Source: Guillardia theta CCMP2712
Lineage: Eukaryota; Protista; Cryptophyta
Assembly: GCF_000315625.1 (NCBI RefSeq)
Contig: NW_005434643.1
Location: forward strand, 1-64,000
Length of the DNA stretch: 64,000 nucleotides
Direction of reading: 5' to 3'
Shown here: piece after piece, positions 49,117 through 59,600 of the stretch
How positions within the stretch are numbered: the stretch's first letter is position 1
How the letters are laid out: each line of letters opens with the position of its first letter
Notes under the pieces: generated by a model
What the model saw: the letters and a program-made list of their open reading frames with translations, nothing else
What the model was told of the DNA's origin: nothing
Databases searched by the model: none
Made by a program: the position numbers and the translations under genes

Positions 49117-51854
49117 TCACTCCTCCACGTCTGAGACTGATCTCAACGAAGACGTCAAGTTTTGCAGCTCCCGGCGGATCCTGAGCAAGTCACAAGCACG
49201 TCAGCTGAACTGCACGTATCCCACAACATCTCAAGTCACCTCGCTCGCACACTTGGCCTTCCCTTGGACGCATCATGGAGCATGTCGGTGAGGGACTGTA
49301 CCACAGCGTCTCTCCTCCTCAGCTCGTCCTTGAGCTGCGAGATGGTCTTCTCCCCCCGCTGTAGCCTCTCCTCCAGCTCCTCGTGCCTTGTGCGGTTCCT
49401 CTCGCCCGCTACCTCCATGGAAGAGGGCAGGGAAGAGTCCAGCACATCCGATCTGGTCAGGCCTTCCTCTTCATCCTCTTCATCCTCCCCTTCGTGCTCC
49501 TCCTCCTGCTCCTCCTGCTCCTCCTCCTGCTCCACAGAGTCTGACACGTTGCCCTTGCAGTCAGCGAGCGTGAGGTTGTCGCGGTCCATGATGGTCTTGA
49601 CGTGCTGATCCACCTCCATCGCCTGATTCATCTGGATGTCAAACAGTCTCTTCTCAAGCGCCATTGTGTGCTTGTCGATCGCCTTCCGCAACTTTCGCAG
49701 GATGTAGTTGGACTGTTTGCGCACATCATCCACCGCTCCTGCTCCCGCTCGTGCTCCTGCTCTTTCTCCTGCTTCCGCTCCTTCCGACGGGTCAGCGTGA
49801 TGAAGTGACTTGGAGACCAGCTCCTCTTGCCGCTTGAAGTACTCCTCGAGCTTCTCGAAGAGGTGCTTTTGGTGCGCTTGAGGAGCGGAGTTCTGCGGCG
49901 GGCGCAAGCCTTGCTGGAAGGAGCCCAAGGGAGCAGCTGGACTCTGCAAGGGAGACATGAACTGGATCCTGCAGACCTCGAGAGGAAAGAAGAGGATGGT
50001 CAGACCGTCCGAGGCCACCGCACAGAGGCAAGGAAGGTGGGGAAACGCGAGGGGGGAGTGACGGGAACGGAAGAACTCCTCAACGGTGGTCGGGAGGCCG
50101 ACCTTCCTTGCGCTGTCGGTAACGAAGGCGTCAGGTTCAAAGAGCTCCTGCAGGCAGGCTGGGGCTGAGAGCCCCCGGCAAAAGTAAGCCTTGTTCATGA
50201 GGAGGTGGGAGGTGCTGAAGACTCTGCCCTCGAGCTGCATGCTGACTGCCGTGAGGTCCTGGGGTCCGTGCTGCCGCCAGAAGGCAGACATGTCCTCGAC
50301 TGACGCATGCCCGAGCAAGCCAGCGAGCACACAAGTCGCTGCTGTCAACCTCTCCTCTTGCTCCTTCACGCACCCGGTCCTCACCTGCCAGCAAGCTGAT
50401 GAGTATGGCTGAGGAGGAGGGAGGAGGTAGTAGGGGATGAGCAAGTGAGAAGGCGGTAGGGGAGGAGGGAGGGAGAAGGCGGTAGGGGAGGAGGGGGGGA
50501 GCAACAACAAGGCAGTAGGGGAGAAGGGAGAGGGGAATCGTGTCTCACCAGCCTCGTCACTATCCACTTTCCAAGTGATAGGTCGCACACTGCATCGAAC
50601 TCCACGCTCGTTCCGACGGGGAGGATGCGCCCTCTGAGGAGATCGGGGGACGCGAGAGCTACGAGCTCACCACTCATCTCCATCGCAGTCTCCTCCTCTA
50701 GCATCCCTCCTTGCACCAAGACCTCGTCATCGACTGAGTCGACCACTCCGAACCTGCCCTCAAGGTACGCGACGTTCGCCGCCCCCTCCTCTCGCGTTGC
50801 CGCTGCATGCTGTGAGATGCTGATAAGCCTCTGAAGAGTCGTCTCGTCCAGGAGGTCAAGCCTCTTTGCCTGCCAGTCCCTCAGGTCAGCTAGGACGGCA
50901 CAACCGCATGGAAGCATTCACCTTGAGAGCATGAAAGAGTGAGAGGGGCGACAGCTTGCGAAGAAGACCCACACCGCCGTCGGGGACCAGCGCCCTCCAA
51001 GACAAGAAAGGATCCGCTTCCTCTCCCTGCTCCCAGTCTCCACCATTCGCCATATCGTTACCTTGTTCGTCAGCGTCCTCCATGCGATCCATCATGGCCT
51101 CCCCGTCTGCCGCATCTCCCTCGTCCTCAGAGGAGGAGAGGGGCTTGGGAGGCTTGTCGTCTCTGTCGCACATGGGGAGGAACTCGCCCTCGACCCACGT
51201 GAAGTAGAGGTGATGGGTGCGCACCCACTCCTCCTCCTCCTTGGTACAAGATCGCTTGAAGTCAGAGAAGTCGTTGTTGGACACTACGAAGCCTCCCCTC
51301 ATGAAGGCGTACTGGAGCACCATGGACTCCTCGTTCGCTCCAGGGGGCATCAGCAGCGCGTGCCCGTGCAGCTTCATCGCAAGGAGAGCGTCAGGGTCAT
51401 CGGCCACCCTCGTCCTGTTGCTTCCTTTCGGCGGCTCTTGCGTGTAGGCGTACCCGACCAGCGCTATGACGTGCTGGTAGCCTTGATCCAGGAAGAAGTC
51501 GATCACTTTCTTCAGTCCCAGGCAGCTGAACTTCATCCTCTGCCCGTATGACCATGCTACTGAAGCGCCGTCGATGACGATGTGGCTGCTGCGGGGAGGG
51601 AGGCCAAGGGACCCGTAGTCGTCGGGCTGTCTGACCTGCTCCACATGCTCATGGATGGAGTTCATGGCCTGGTTGAAAGGAGTCTCAAAGGTCTCTTGAT
51701 CGGGCTCCTTGTCATGCAGCTTGCGAAAGCGAACGGTTTCCTCCCCGCCCTTGAACAGCAGCGAGGGTTGGGGCGGAACGCGGGCTGCGAAACATGCACG
51801 GAGGGAGAAATTCAGAGCCACGAGGAGCGCACAGGAGAGCAGAGAGAGCTTCAT
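49117..51854 (-). CDS. Signal-peptide-bearing Zc3h12a/Regnase-type PIN (NYN) domain protein with C-terminal coiled coil
   Basis: Signal MKLSLLSCALLVALNFSLRACFA. HIVIDGASVAWSYG...FSCLGLKKVIDFFLDQGY...LLMPPGANEESMVLQYAFMRGGFVVSNNDFSDF...YFTWVEGEFLP aligns by eye to the RNase_Zc3h12a pattern. Ends SVSDVEE*. Confidence 0.8.
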
Positions 51855-52282
51855 GGGTTTAGGAGGGGACGGGAGAGATCTCGTCCTCCTCCTATCCGTC
51901 GAAGGATCCTGACAGGGTGATGTTCGCTTCTTCTCCATACAAGGATCCCATGCGGCGACGCTGGAGGGGAGTGGGGTTCGAAAACGAGGAAGCAGGGGTC
52001 AGGTTGTGCGCCCTATCACGTGCTTGACTTCCTTTGCTGCTTCCTCGCACTCATTTCTTGTCGCCTTCTCCTCCTCTTCCTCCTCCTCTTCCTCCTCCTC
52101 TTCCTCCTCCTTCCCCGTTCGGGATGCGTCTGCCCGCCATAGCCTGGCAGGACTCGAACACGGGCCCAACACTAATAAGATCAGATCATGAAGCAGATCA
52201 GGACCCTGCCCTTTTTTATTAGTACTCCACTTAGAAAATCACTGAGCTTTGAACGCCTAGATCTGGATGTAGGAGCAAGGGG

Positions 52283-52971
52283 ATGACGCCAGGCATGGAG
52301 GAGCTGTTGATGGAGCGGGTGGGGAAGGGGGTGGAGGTGGAGCTGGTGGACAAGACGAGGAGAAGGGGCTTCGTCTACACAGTGGATCCGATCTCGCACA
52401 ACACCGTCATGCTCACCAAGGTCAGTGTGGACACGGCGGGAGGCCCGCTGCTAACGCTTGCTCGGCAGCCGGAAGGAGGAGCAGGGGAGGCAGGCAACTG
52501 GGGAGCCTCGATGCTGTTCAACGGAGCTGTCAAGAGCGTAGCAGGTGATGCTTCCTTGCTCTGTCCTCGTCCTCCACTCATCATCCAGGTCAGACGCGCC
52601 CATCGTGGAGATAGACTTCGCCTCTATGGAGCAGGATCATCCTCTGACAAGGAGGGACCGAGTTCCCGCGGAGGAGCATGATCCAGCCAAGGTTGCCGAG
52701 AGGCTGGAGAGCGTCAAAGATAGGCTAAGTGCTGTGAGAGGCATGCGTAGCGGAGATCTGCGGTGCTGACGGCGATGCAGCACAGGGTTTCTTTCACTGT
52801 GCAGGAGGGAACTATCGTTATCTTGGACGGCGTAGCAAGACTTCCTGCTCCGTACTCGAAGCACGATATTGTTTGGTGAGTCAAGTGCGACGGTCACTCG
52901 TGCTGACTGTACGCAATAGCCAGAATCCCGTGGTTCTAGAGAGGATGAGAAGAACGATATTTCACGACTGA
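52283..52971 (+). CDS. GEMIN6: Gemin6 (SMN complex Sm-like protein), multi-exon
   Basis: VGKGVEVEL...GFVYTVDPISHNTVML (Sm-like N-domain) and AERLESVKDRL/HRVSF...VILDGVARLPAPYS...C/QNPVVLERMRRTI (Gemin6/AD C-domain). Confidence 0.8.
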
Positions 52972-53202
52972 CGCCCGTGTAAATTGGTTGATGTGTACTC
53001 TGGGATTGTTGAACATGAAGAATGTAAAAGGAAGTGCAGGGTGCATGAGAGCTGCGATCTTGCTCAGACGTCTCGTGAGCGTCATGCGACTAGTGCATTA
53101 CATATTCTTACAAAGATGTGAAACCTTTTCACTCCACCTAGGGGAGGAGAAGACATCTCGTTAGCACATGATGATAATATACAGAACTTGATCCGGGATC
53201 CA

Positions 53203-54457
53203 TCACTCAACGACGGTAGACAAGCGCTCCATCCTTGTAGACCTCTGTTTCGAGATGTCTTCCAGGGAGCACCACAGATTGGGAGCGGTCCTCATCAGGT
53301 AGAGCGCATCGGCGTAGCTGAGCTTCAGGACCACAGACTTCTCCACGGCCCTCACGTCCGCTGCCCGCATGCACTTGCTCCTGATCTCGCTCTCGGGCAC
53401 GCCGCTCTTGCGCAGCCGACACAACTTGATCATGGTCATCTCCCCGAAGCACTGCCCCCTGGTCAGCGTGTCGATCTCGACACCATCCACAGAGCAGGAG
53501 AAAGTTCCTGAGACGACCCAGTACATGTTATCGCCGAATTTGCCCTGGGAGATTACCAGGTCTCCCTCTGGAATCGCACACACTTGCAACTTCTTCGCGA
53601 TGGTTTTCAAGCAGGAGGGATCAACGTTGCGGGAAACGACGCAAGGCGAGGCCATGAGAGCATCCACTCTTTCCTCCACGTCCATGAGCTCGAGGGATTT
53701 TTGATAGCGGTCTTTCTGCCTCTTCAACTCAACCTTGCCGATGTTGATGCGCGACATCTCGTCCAGAGAGCTCCACAGGTTGGGGATTCTCCGTATCAAC
53801 GGGAGCATATCCAGGTACGACAGTTTCAAAAGATGGCATCGCTCCAGAGTGCGAATATCTGCCATTCTGAGACACTCCTTCGATGCCATATCGAACGACT
53901 CTCCGCTCAGCAAGCGCTTGCACAGTTCAACGACAGTCACCTCACCGAAGCATCGCCCAATTGTCAGGTGGTCGATTTCTTCGTCATCCAGGACACAAGC
54001 GCAGCTCCCTGACATTATCCAGTACATGTCCTGCCCAGGTTGTCCTCTTTTTGTCACCGTTGTTCCTTCTTCCAAAACCATTTCCTGCATCGTCGAGGCC
54101 ACTTCTTGTAGGCAGGATGGCCAAATTTCCCTGGCACGGAATACGCAGAAGCTTTTGATGGTGCTTATCCTTTCTTCAACACAGATGCTAGCCGAATCTT
54201 CGGAATTATGCCTTGTACTCTGTAAAAAAAACAGAAACATCAGTTCCTTTGAAGTTTATGCTTTTAATACATGCAGACAAGAAACCATGTCGAAGCAGTC
54301 GTGTCATCACGACATGATCCATCGGCCAAGGGGAGCGCACACAACACACTGGCGACTGGAGGAAACTCACCTTCTCCTGATCATCCTCATGCACGCAACT
54401 TCCATGATTCATGACTGTACTCGGTTTGTTCTCATCTCCAACCTCGCTTGCGTGCAT
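53203..54457 (-). CDS. Tandem cyclic-nucleotide-binding (cNMP) domain protein, 2 exons
   Basis: Two repeats: EGTTVTKRGQPGQDMYWIMSG...GRCFGE...RMADIRT and EGDLVISQGKFGDNMYWVVSG...GQCFGE...RAADVRA. A phase-0 intron follows HEDDQEK. Confidence 0.88.
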
Positions 54458-54519
54458 CGCTCAGAGCTTTCGGCGGCAATGCAAACAATTCTCTTGTTCC
54501 CACGTTCTTGCACTTGCCT

Positions 54520-56200
54520 CCCACCCCCTACCCCCAAATTCTCCTCTATACCCCACCGATATTCAGTATATTTTACTACCCACCCGTATTTAAGACGTTC
54601 GTAACATGGATTTTAGTAGGGTAATTGAGTGCAATGATCAGGACCATAACCCCTTATTTCCGAGCACCCATACCTACTGCTGGTCCGAAAGATGACAAGG
54701 CACCCCTTCGACCTCCCTCCCGGGCGACATTGAATCTTGAGATATGGTTCTGGTAATGAGATTCGAAAAGTTCTTGTATCGTATCTTTGGTGCTTTGTGT
54801 AGTAAAGAATCCCCTGGGGATTGCTGTCTGCCTTTCGAACATTGTTATCACCTCAATTGAGGGGGACTCGCTCTTCTTATGTGAATTCATTTGAGTAAAG
54901 ATGGGTCTGATTTCATTGGTGGCATCCATGATCAACGAAAGAACAGGGGCCAAATATCCGTTTGAGATATCCCCTTGGACCCCACCCCCTAGATTTCTTA
55001 CCTGACCACCCCCGAATCCCATGCTGCCATCCGCCGAATGCCTTTCCGACCTGTAAACCTGCTATATCTATTATTGTTAAGTTTGAAAAATCAGTTCTGT
55101 TCCTCCCGTCATCACTCGAAGGAGACGCTTTGGCTGACAGCCTATAATTACCACCCACCGGTGCGAACCGACACATCCTACAAAACACACCGCCTTACAA
55201 GAAGCCAGACTCTGAGACCGCCGGGCACCGTCACGGCATATAATTTAAGTCAAAGTTTGCCAGGCGCGGCGGCATCGGTCCCGAGGGCCGGGCCGTAACT
55301 AACTTAAGTTAGTACGAGTCGGTGGCACGGACTCAGCCCCGGCCGGGCGCGGACTGTCAGCAAAAAGTCACACTGCGGCGGCGGCGGTCACGGCAAGTCG
55401 GACGGTCACTGATCACACCGGGGCCCGCCCGGGCCGGCCGCGGCGGGCACGGTGCTGCAAATAGTCCGGGACCAACGAGTCGGGCGCGGCCCGGTGCTGA
55501 GCACGGACTCCGAACTGAGCCGGGACTCTTGAAGGCTCACTGCCGCGAGGGTCCCGCCGGCCGCCGACCCAGCCGGCGCCGGCCGCCGGACTCCAAGTCC
55601 GCACTGCAGCTCCCTCGGAGCGCCGGTCCGATGATCGGACACACTGTGTCCGTGTCAGGCGCGAGCCGCGTGACGGCGTCCGATCATGGCACTCAGACTC
55701 GCCAGAGGCAGGCTCACTGGCCTGCCGCTGGCCCGCCGCCGGGCTGAGTCGCCCGGCCCGCCGGTGCGCCCGGCGGCGGCCGCGGCGCGAGCTCAGCCTG
55801 CCAGTGCGCTCGGGCCGGCCCCGGCAGTGCCATCATCATCGGCGGAAGGAGCCTGGCCTGCCACGGTAGCCGCTCCGGGAGCCTGGCCGCGCCCCGGGCC
55901 GCCGGCGGCCGGCGGCCGGCGGCCCCGGCCGGCCCCGGCCCCCGGGCCCCGGCCCCCGGAGCGGTTCAAGTCGAAGTGGCACTCAGCCCGGCCCGAAGTT
56001 CCGAGTTCGAAGTTCTGCCACGGCCCCGGGCCGCCGCCTGCGGCGGACTCCGGCGCCGCAGGCGGCCCGGGACGCCGTGACACTGGCCCATCAAGTTGAG
56101 TAAACAGTGATCGGACGGCTACCGTACCGTGCCAGTGTCGCCCGGCCCGGCCCGGGCCCAGGCGGCCCGGCGGCGGGCCGGGCTGAACCGTCTTGAAAAC
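54520..56200. other. TACCC-rich tract (54520-55160) plus GC-rich palindromic island 5 (55200-56200)
   Basis: Same word content as the other islands, with the 16-bp palindrome actaacttaagttagt at 55298-55313. Lies between the divergent cNMP and myosin-like genes. Confidence 0.6.
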
Positions 56201-56316
56201 AGGCTAATAATAAATTGACCGGCCCTTTCAACCGGGGGGGATCTCCTCTATTTTTAAAAAAGCAGAAATTTGAAATGGTGTGCTGGCTGGGCGTGTGATC
56301 ATGGACGACAGATGTA

Positions 56317-56400
56317 GAGGAGGAGGAGGAGGAGGAGGAGGAGGAGGAGGAGGAGGAGGAGGAGGAGGAGGAGGAGGAGGAGGAGGAGGATGAGGATGAG
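56317..56400. repeat. (GAG)n microsatellite
   Basis: Direct inspection of the sequence. Confidence 0.9.
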
Positions 56401-56662
56401 GAAGGGTCAGGTGTGCGAGAGAAGAGAATGTGAAAATTCGTGCATATTCGAATATGCCCTAATATGAGAAGGCCTTCTCAGAGAGGAAAGCAGGCATCGA
56501 TGTCCTTTATACAAACGGAAGCATGCTTGCGTGAAAACGACATCTTGCCTGATTTTTTGCATTCTATGAAATGACAAGTATTTTGGCAGATGGTGCAAGA
56601 TTTCTCTTGTCTCTCAGTCTTTCCAGCCCAAGGCTGAGTCCGTCGTTTCTCTTCGTCTTCAC

Positions 56663-59600
56663 ATGAGCAACTCAATATGGGTGAGACCCACGGGCGGGCA
56701 AAGTTGGGTCGAGGCACAGGTTATCAGCCAGTTGGATGGCGGAAGGTTGAGGGTGAAACTCAGCGACGGGTCAGAGTTGACCATGTCAGCAAGAGACATT
56801 CACCGCAAAAACCAGCCCGGGCTAGACGCGCCGGACAGTCTCACATCTCTGAAGCATATCGACCTTCCCAATGCGCTCCATGCCTTGAGGTTGAGAACTT
56901 CTGTGGGAAAGTACGACACTCGTGCTGGGCCATTCCTGCTTTTGTCTGGTGGGCTCGAGGTCCACAGCAGGAACAGCAGGAGCGACATGGAGCCGTCAAC
57001 ATGCTGTGCTGGGGTCCAGGCGTCGGCCTACGCTCAGAGCGTCTTCTCCATGATGAGAGTCCGTCGAGATCCTCAGCTGTGCATCATAGAGGGAGGGAGG
57101 AGGGAGGAGCGGGCGGCGATGCTGAGATTGATCCTGAGTGGTCTTCTTGCTGAGGGCAAGCAAGCATGTACGGCTGCTGGAGGTTCGCTGATCGACAAGG
57201 TACGTGCTGTCTGTGCTCTGCCGCCTTGTGATGCAAGAAGAAGGTCAAGGCAGCGATGCACTTGCTGGAAAGCTTGACGACATCCAACTCCACCTCATGC
57301 GACAGCGATGGATGCTTCCTCTCCCTGTGAGCTAGAACGCTGCCCATGCTGTCTTGCTGCTTCATAACCTTGTCCTCAGCGTGCTGGGCTACGAGCATGC
57401 GGCATCGGGGCTGGAGCTCTCTGCAGCAGCAGTGAAGCCTCGGCTCGTCGACATGAGGAGACCATTGATCGCCCCTGGCCATGAAGGATGCTGCAGGTTG
57501 ACGGAGCAGGTTCTGCAGGCATGCCTGGAGCAGGAGAAGCTCGTTGCGGATATCTGTAGCATCTCGGATGTATGCCCCAACGCTAGCCAGGTGGGCAGAA
57601 ACGAGGAGACTCTTGAGGATTGGAAGGAGACGGTCAGTTCGTTGGAGTTGCTGGGGATGTCGGAGAGCGAGGTCGAGAGCGTCGTCCGTCATGCTGCCGC
57701 GTTGATGGTGTGGTCGTCTGCCGTCTCGGCAATGAAGGAGACTGAGAGTTGCCGGAGCTCCACTGAGGTGAAGAGAAGGGGAGAAGAGGGGAGAGGAAGG
57801 CAGGGCAGGGGAGCCGAGAGGAGGGAACAGGTGGAATGAAGCGAGAGGGAGCAGGCGAAGAGAGTCAGGAGGAGGGAGAGACGAGGACGGGAAAATGTAG
57901 TCTTGTGGGTTCTTCTAGAGACGGGGAGCGAGCAGAGGAAATTGAGGGAACGTGAAGAGGAGACGACGAGGTGATAAAATGCCGCAGAAGCTTGCTCGAG
58001 CCTGGAGGAAGGTGGAAAACCTGCTCTTCTCCACGGGGGAGGAAGCATCCGATGCTGGAGAGGAATCGCGCGAGGAGATGTCAGGTAAGAGGAGGACGAC
58101 ACGACTGCTAGACCCCTCAGCTTCTTGTCCTCATAGATGCGCTCCTGGGCAACTTCATGATGAACGCCGAGGCCTTCGGGTCTTGTTTGTACATGATGAT
58201 CATCGAGAAAGTCCTCCTAGCCGCTCAAGTGGCCCTGGGGTCAGCAAAGCTCTCAGAGAATCCTGGCGAAACAGGAGGAGCAGGAGCAGGAGCAGGAGCA
58301 GGAGGAGCTGGAGCTGGAGCTGGACTGAGGACCGTCACCATCATCTGCACGAAAGATGTCTCAGAGTGTGACGCTCCTGCTGCCGACGACCGACGGCCTG
58401 CGGGCTCGACGAGTTTCCAGCAACTCGCTGCCAGGCTGATGGACGACCTTTTGCATCATCGACTGCAGTCCTGCCTGTCTGCATGGGAGGTAGAGCCCCC
58501 CCCCCCCGCTCCTGCTCCTGCTCCTTTCCTAGGACGCGCAATCTCAGATTCTTCCTTCCTTTTCTCTTTCTCCTCCTTTCCTTTCCCTCCTCCACGCTTC
58601 ATCGGAGATGGTGAACATTTCCTTTTCAGGATCAATGCAAGAGAGAGCAGATCACGTAAGCGGCTTACCATACTCTTACTCCCTCCCTCCTTCCCATCTT
58701 CCCCTCCCTCCCTCCCTCCCTCCCTCCCTCCCCCTTACTCATCGTTCCTGGTCCAGGTCTCGCACTGTGTGTCGAGCACGAGGAGGGAAGCATCCCCTGC
58801 GTCTCCTGGAGGAAGGAAGTCTCCTCGAGAGGATGAGCAAGTTGACAAGGGCCGCACTCCCCTCCTCCCGCCTCAGCCTCCTCCCCCATCTGTCCTTGAT
58901 GGATCAGATGCGGCAGTGGGCAGGGGAAATGGACATCTCTTCCTCCTCCGCCTGTGCTGCCTTCATCGGGGGCCAGCAGCAGCTCCTGGCTGTGGAGCAT
59001 GTAGAGCAGCGGCAGGAGTACAGCATGCAGCAGCTGCTGCGCGAAGACTTCTTCTACGTCCTCCTCGCCCGCTATGCCCAATGGCTGAGGGCAGCGGCGC
59101 AGAGGAGAGCAGGAGGCTCCTTCCTCCTCCCCAGGGGTCCCTGCGCGGCCCCGCAGGCAGACTTGGTTGCTGCGATGAGGAAGGAGCTGATGGAGGTTGA
59201 GGAGGAGCTGAACTCGCATGAGCTGCAAAGCACGCGGAGGTTTCTCTGCCTCCAAACGTGCCAGGAGAGGAACAGCAGATACTTCGACGCGAGCTTCTGT
59301 GAGCTGCAGTTGAGGTAGTCCTCTTTACCCCTCGTTCCTCTTCCCTCCTCCCTCCTCCTGCCCCTCCACGACCTCATCTACTCCATACCCCAAGTCTCTT
59401 CCTCTACCGCCGGACCTCTGGTACCCGAGCTCTGTCGTTCCTCACTGCGATCGCAGGAAGCATCGCGTGGTGGAGGCAAGTCTGCTCGGGAGGGAGGGAC
59501 TGGACAGGAGCTTCTCACACGAGCTCTTCGTCCATCGCTACCATCCCCTCCTCTTCGGCCATGGCGTCGTCCCCCCCTCCCATCCCCTCCGTGACTGCTA

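Noticed and set aside
54235-54320. Apparent C box (GTGATGA) and D box (CTGA) in the cNMP gene intron, minus strand
   Set aside because: The CTGA sits at the branch-point position, there is no terminal stem, and the C box is buried in a local hairpin (gtcgtg-atga-cacgac).
53735-54604. 289-aa plus-strand ORF (and similar antisense ORFs at 28042-29043 and 40672-41421)
   Set aside because: They are antisense shadows of well-supported genes.
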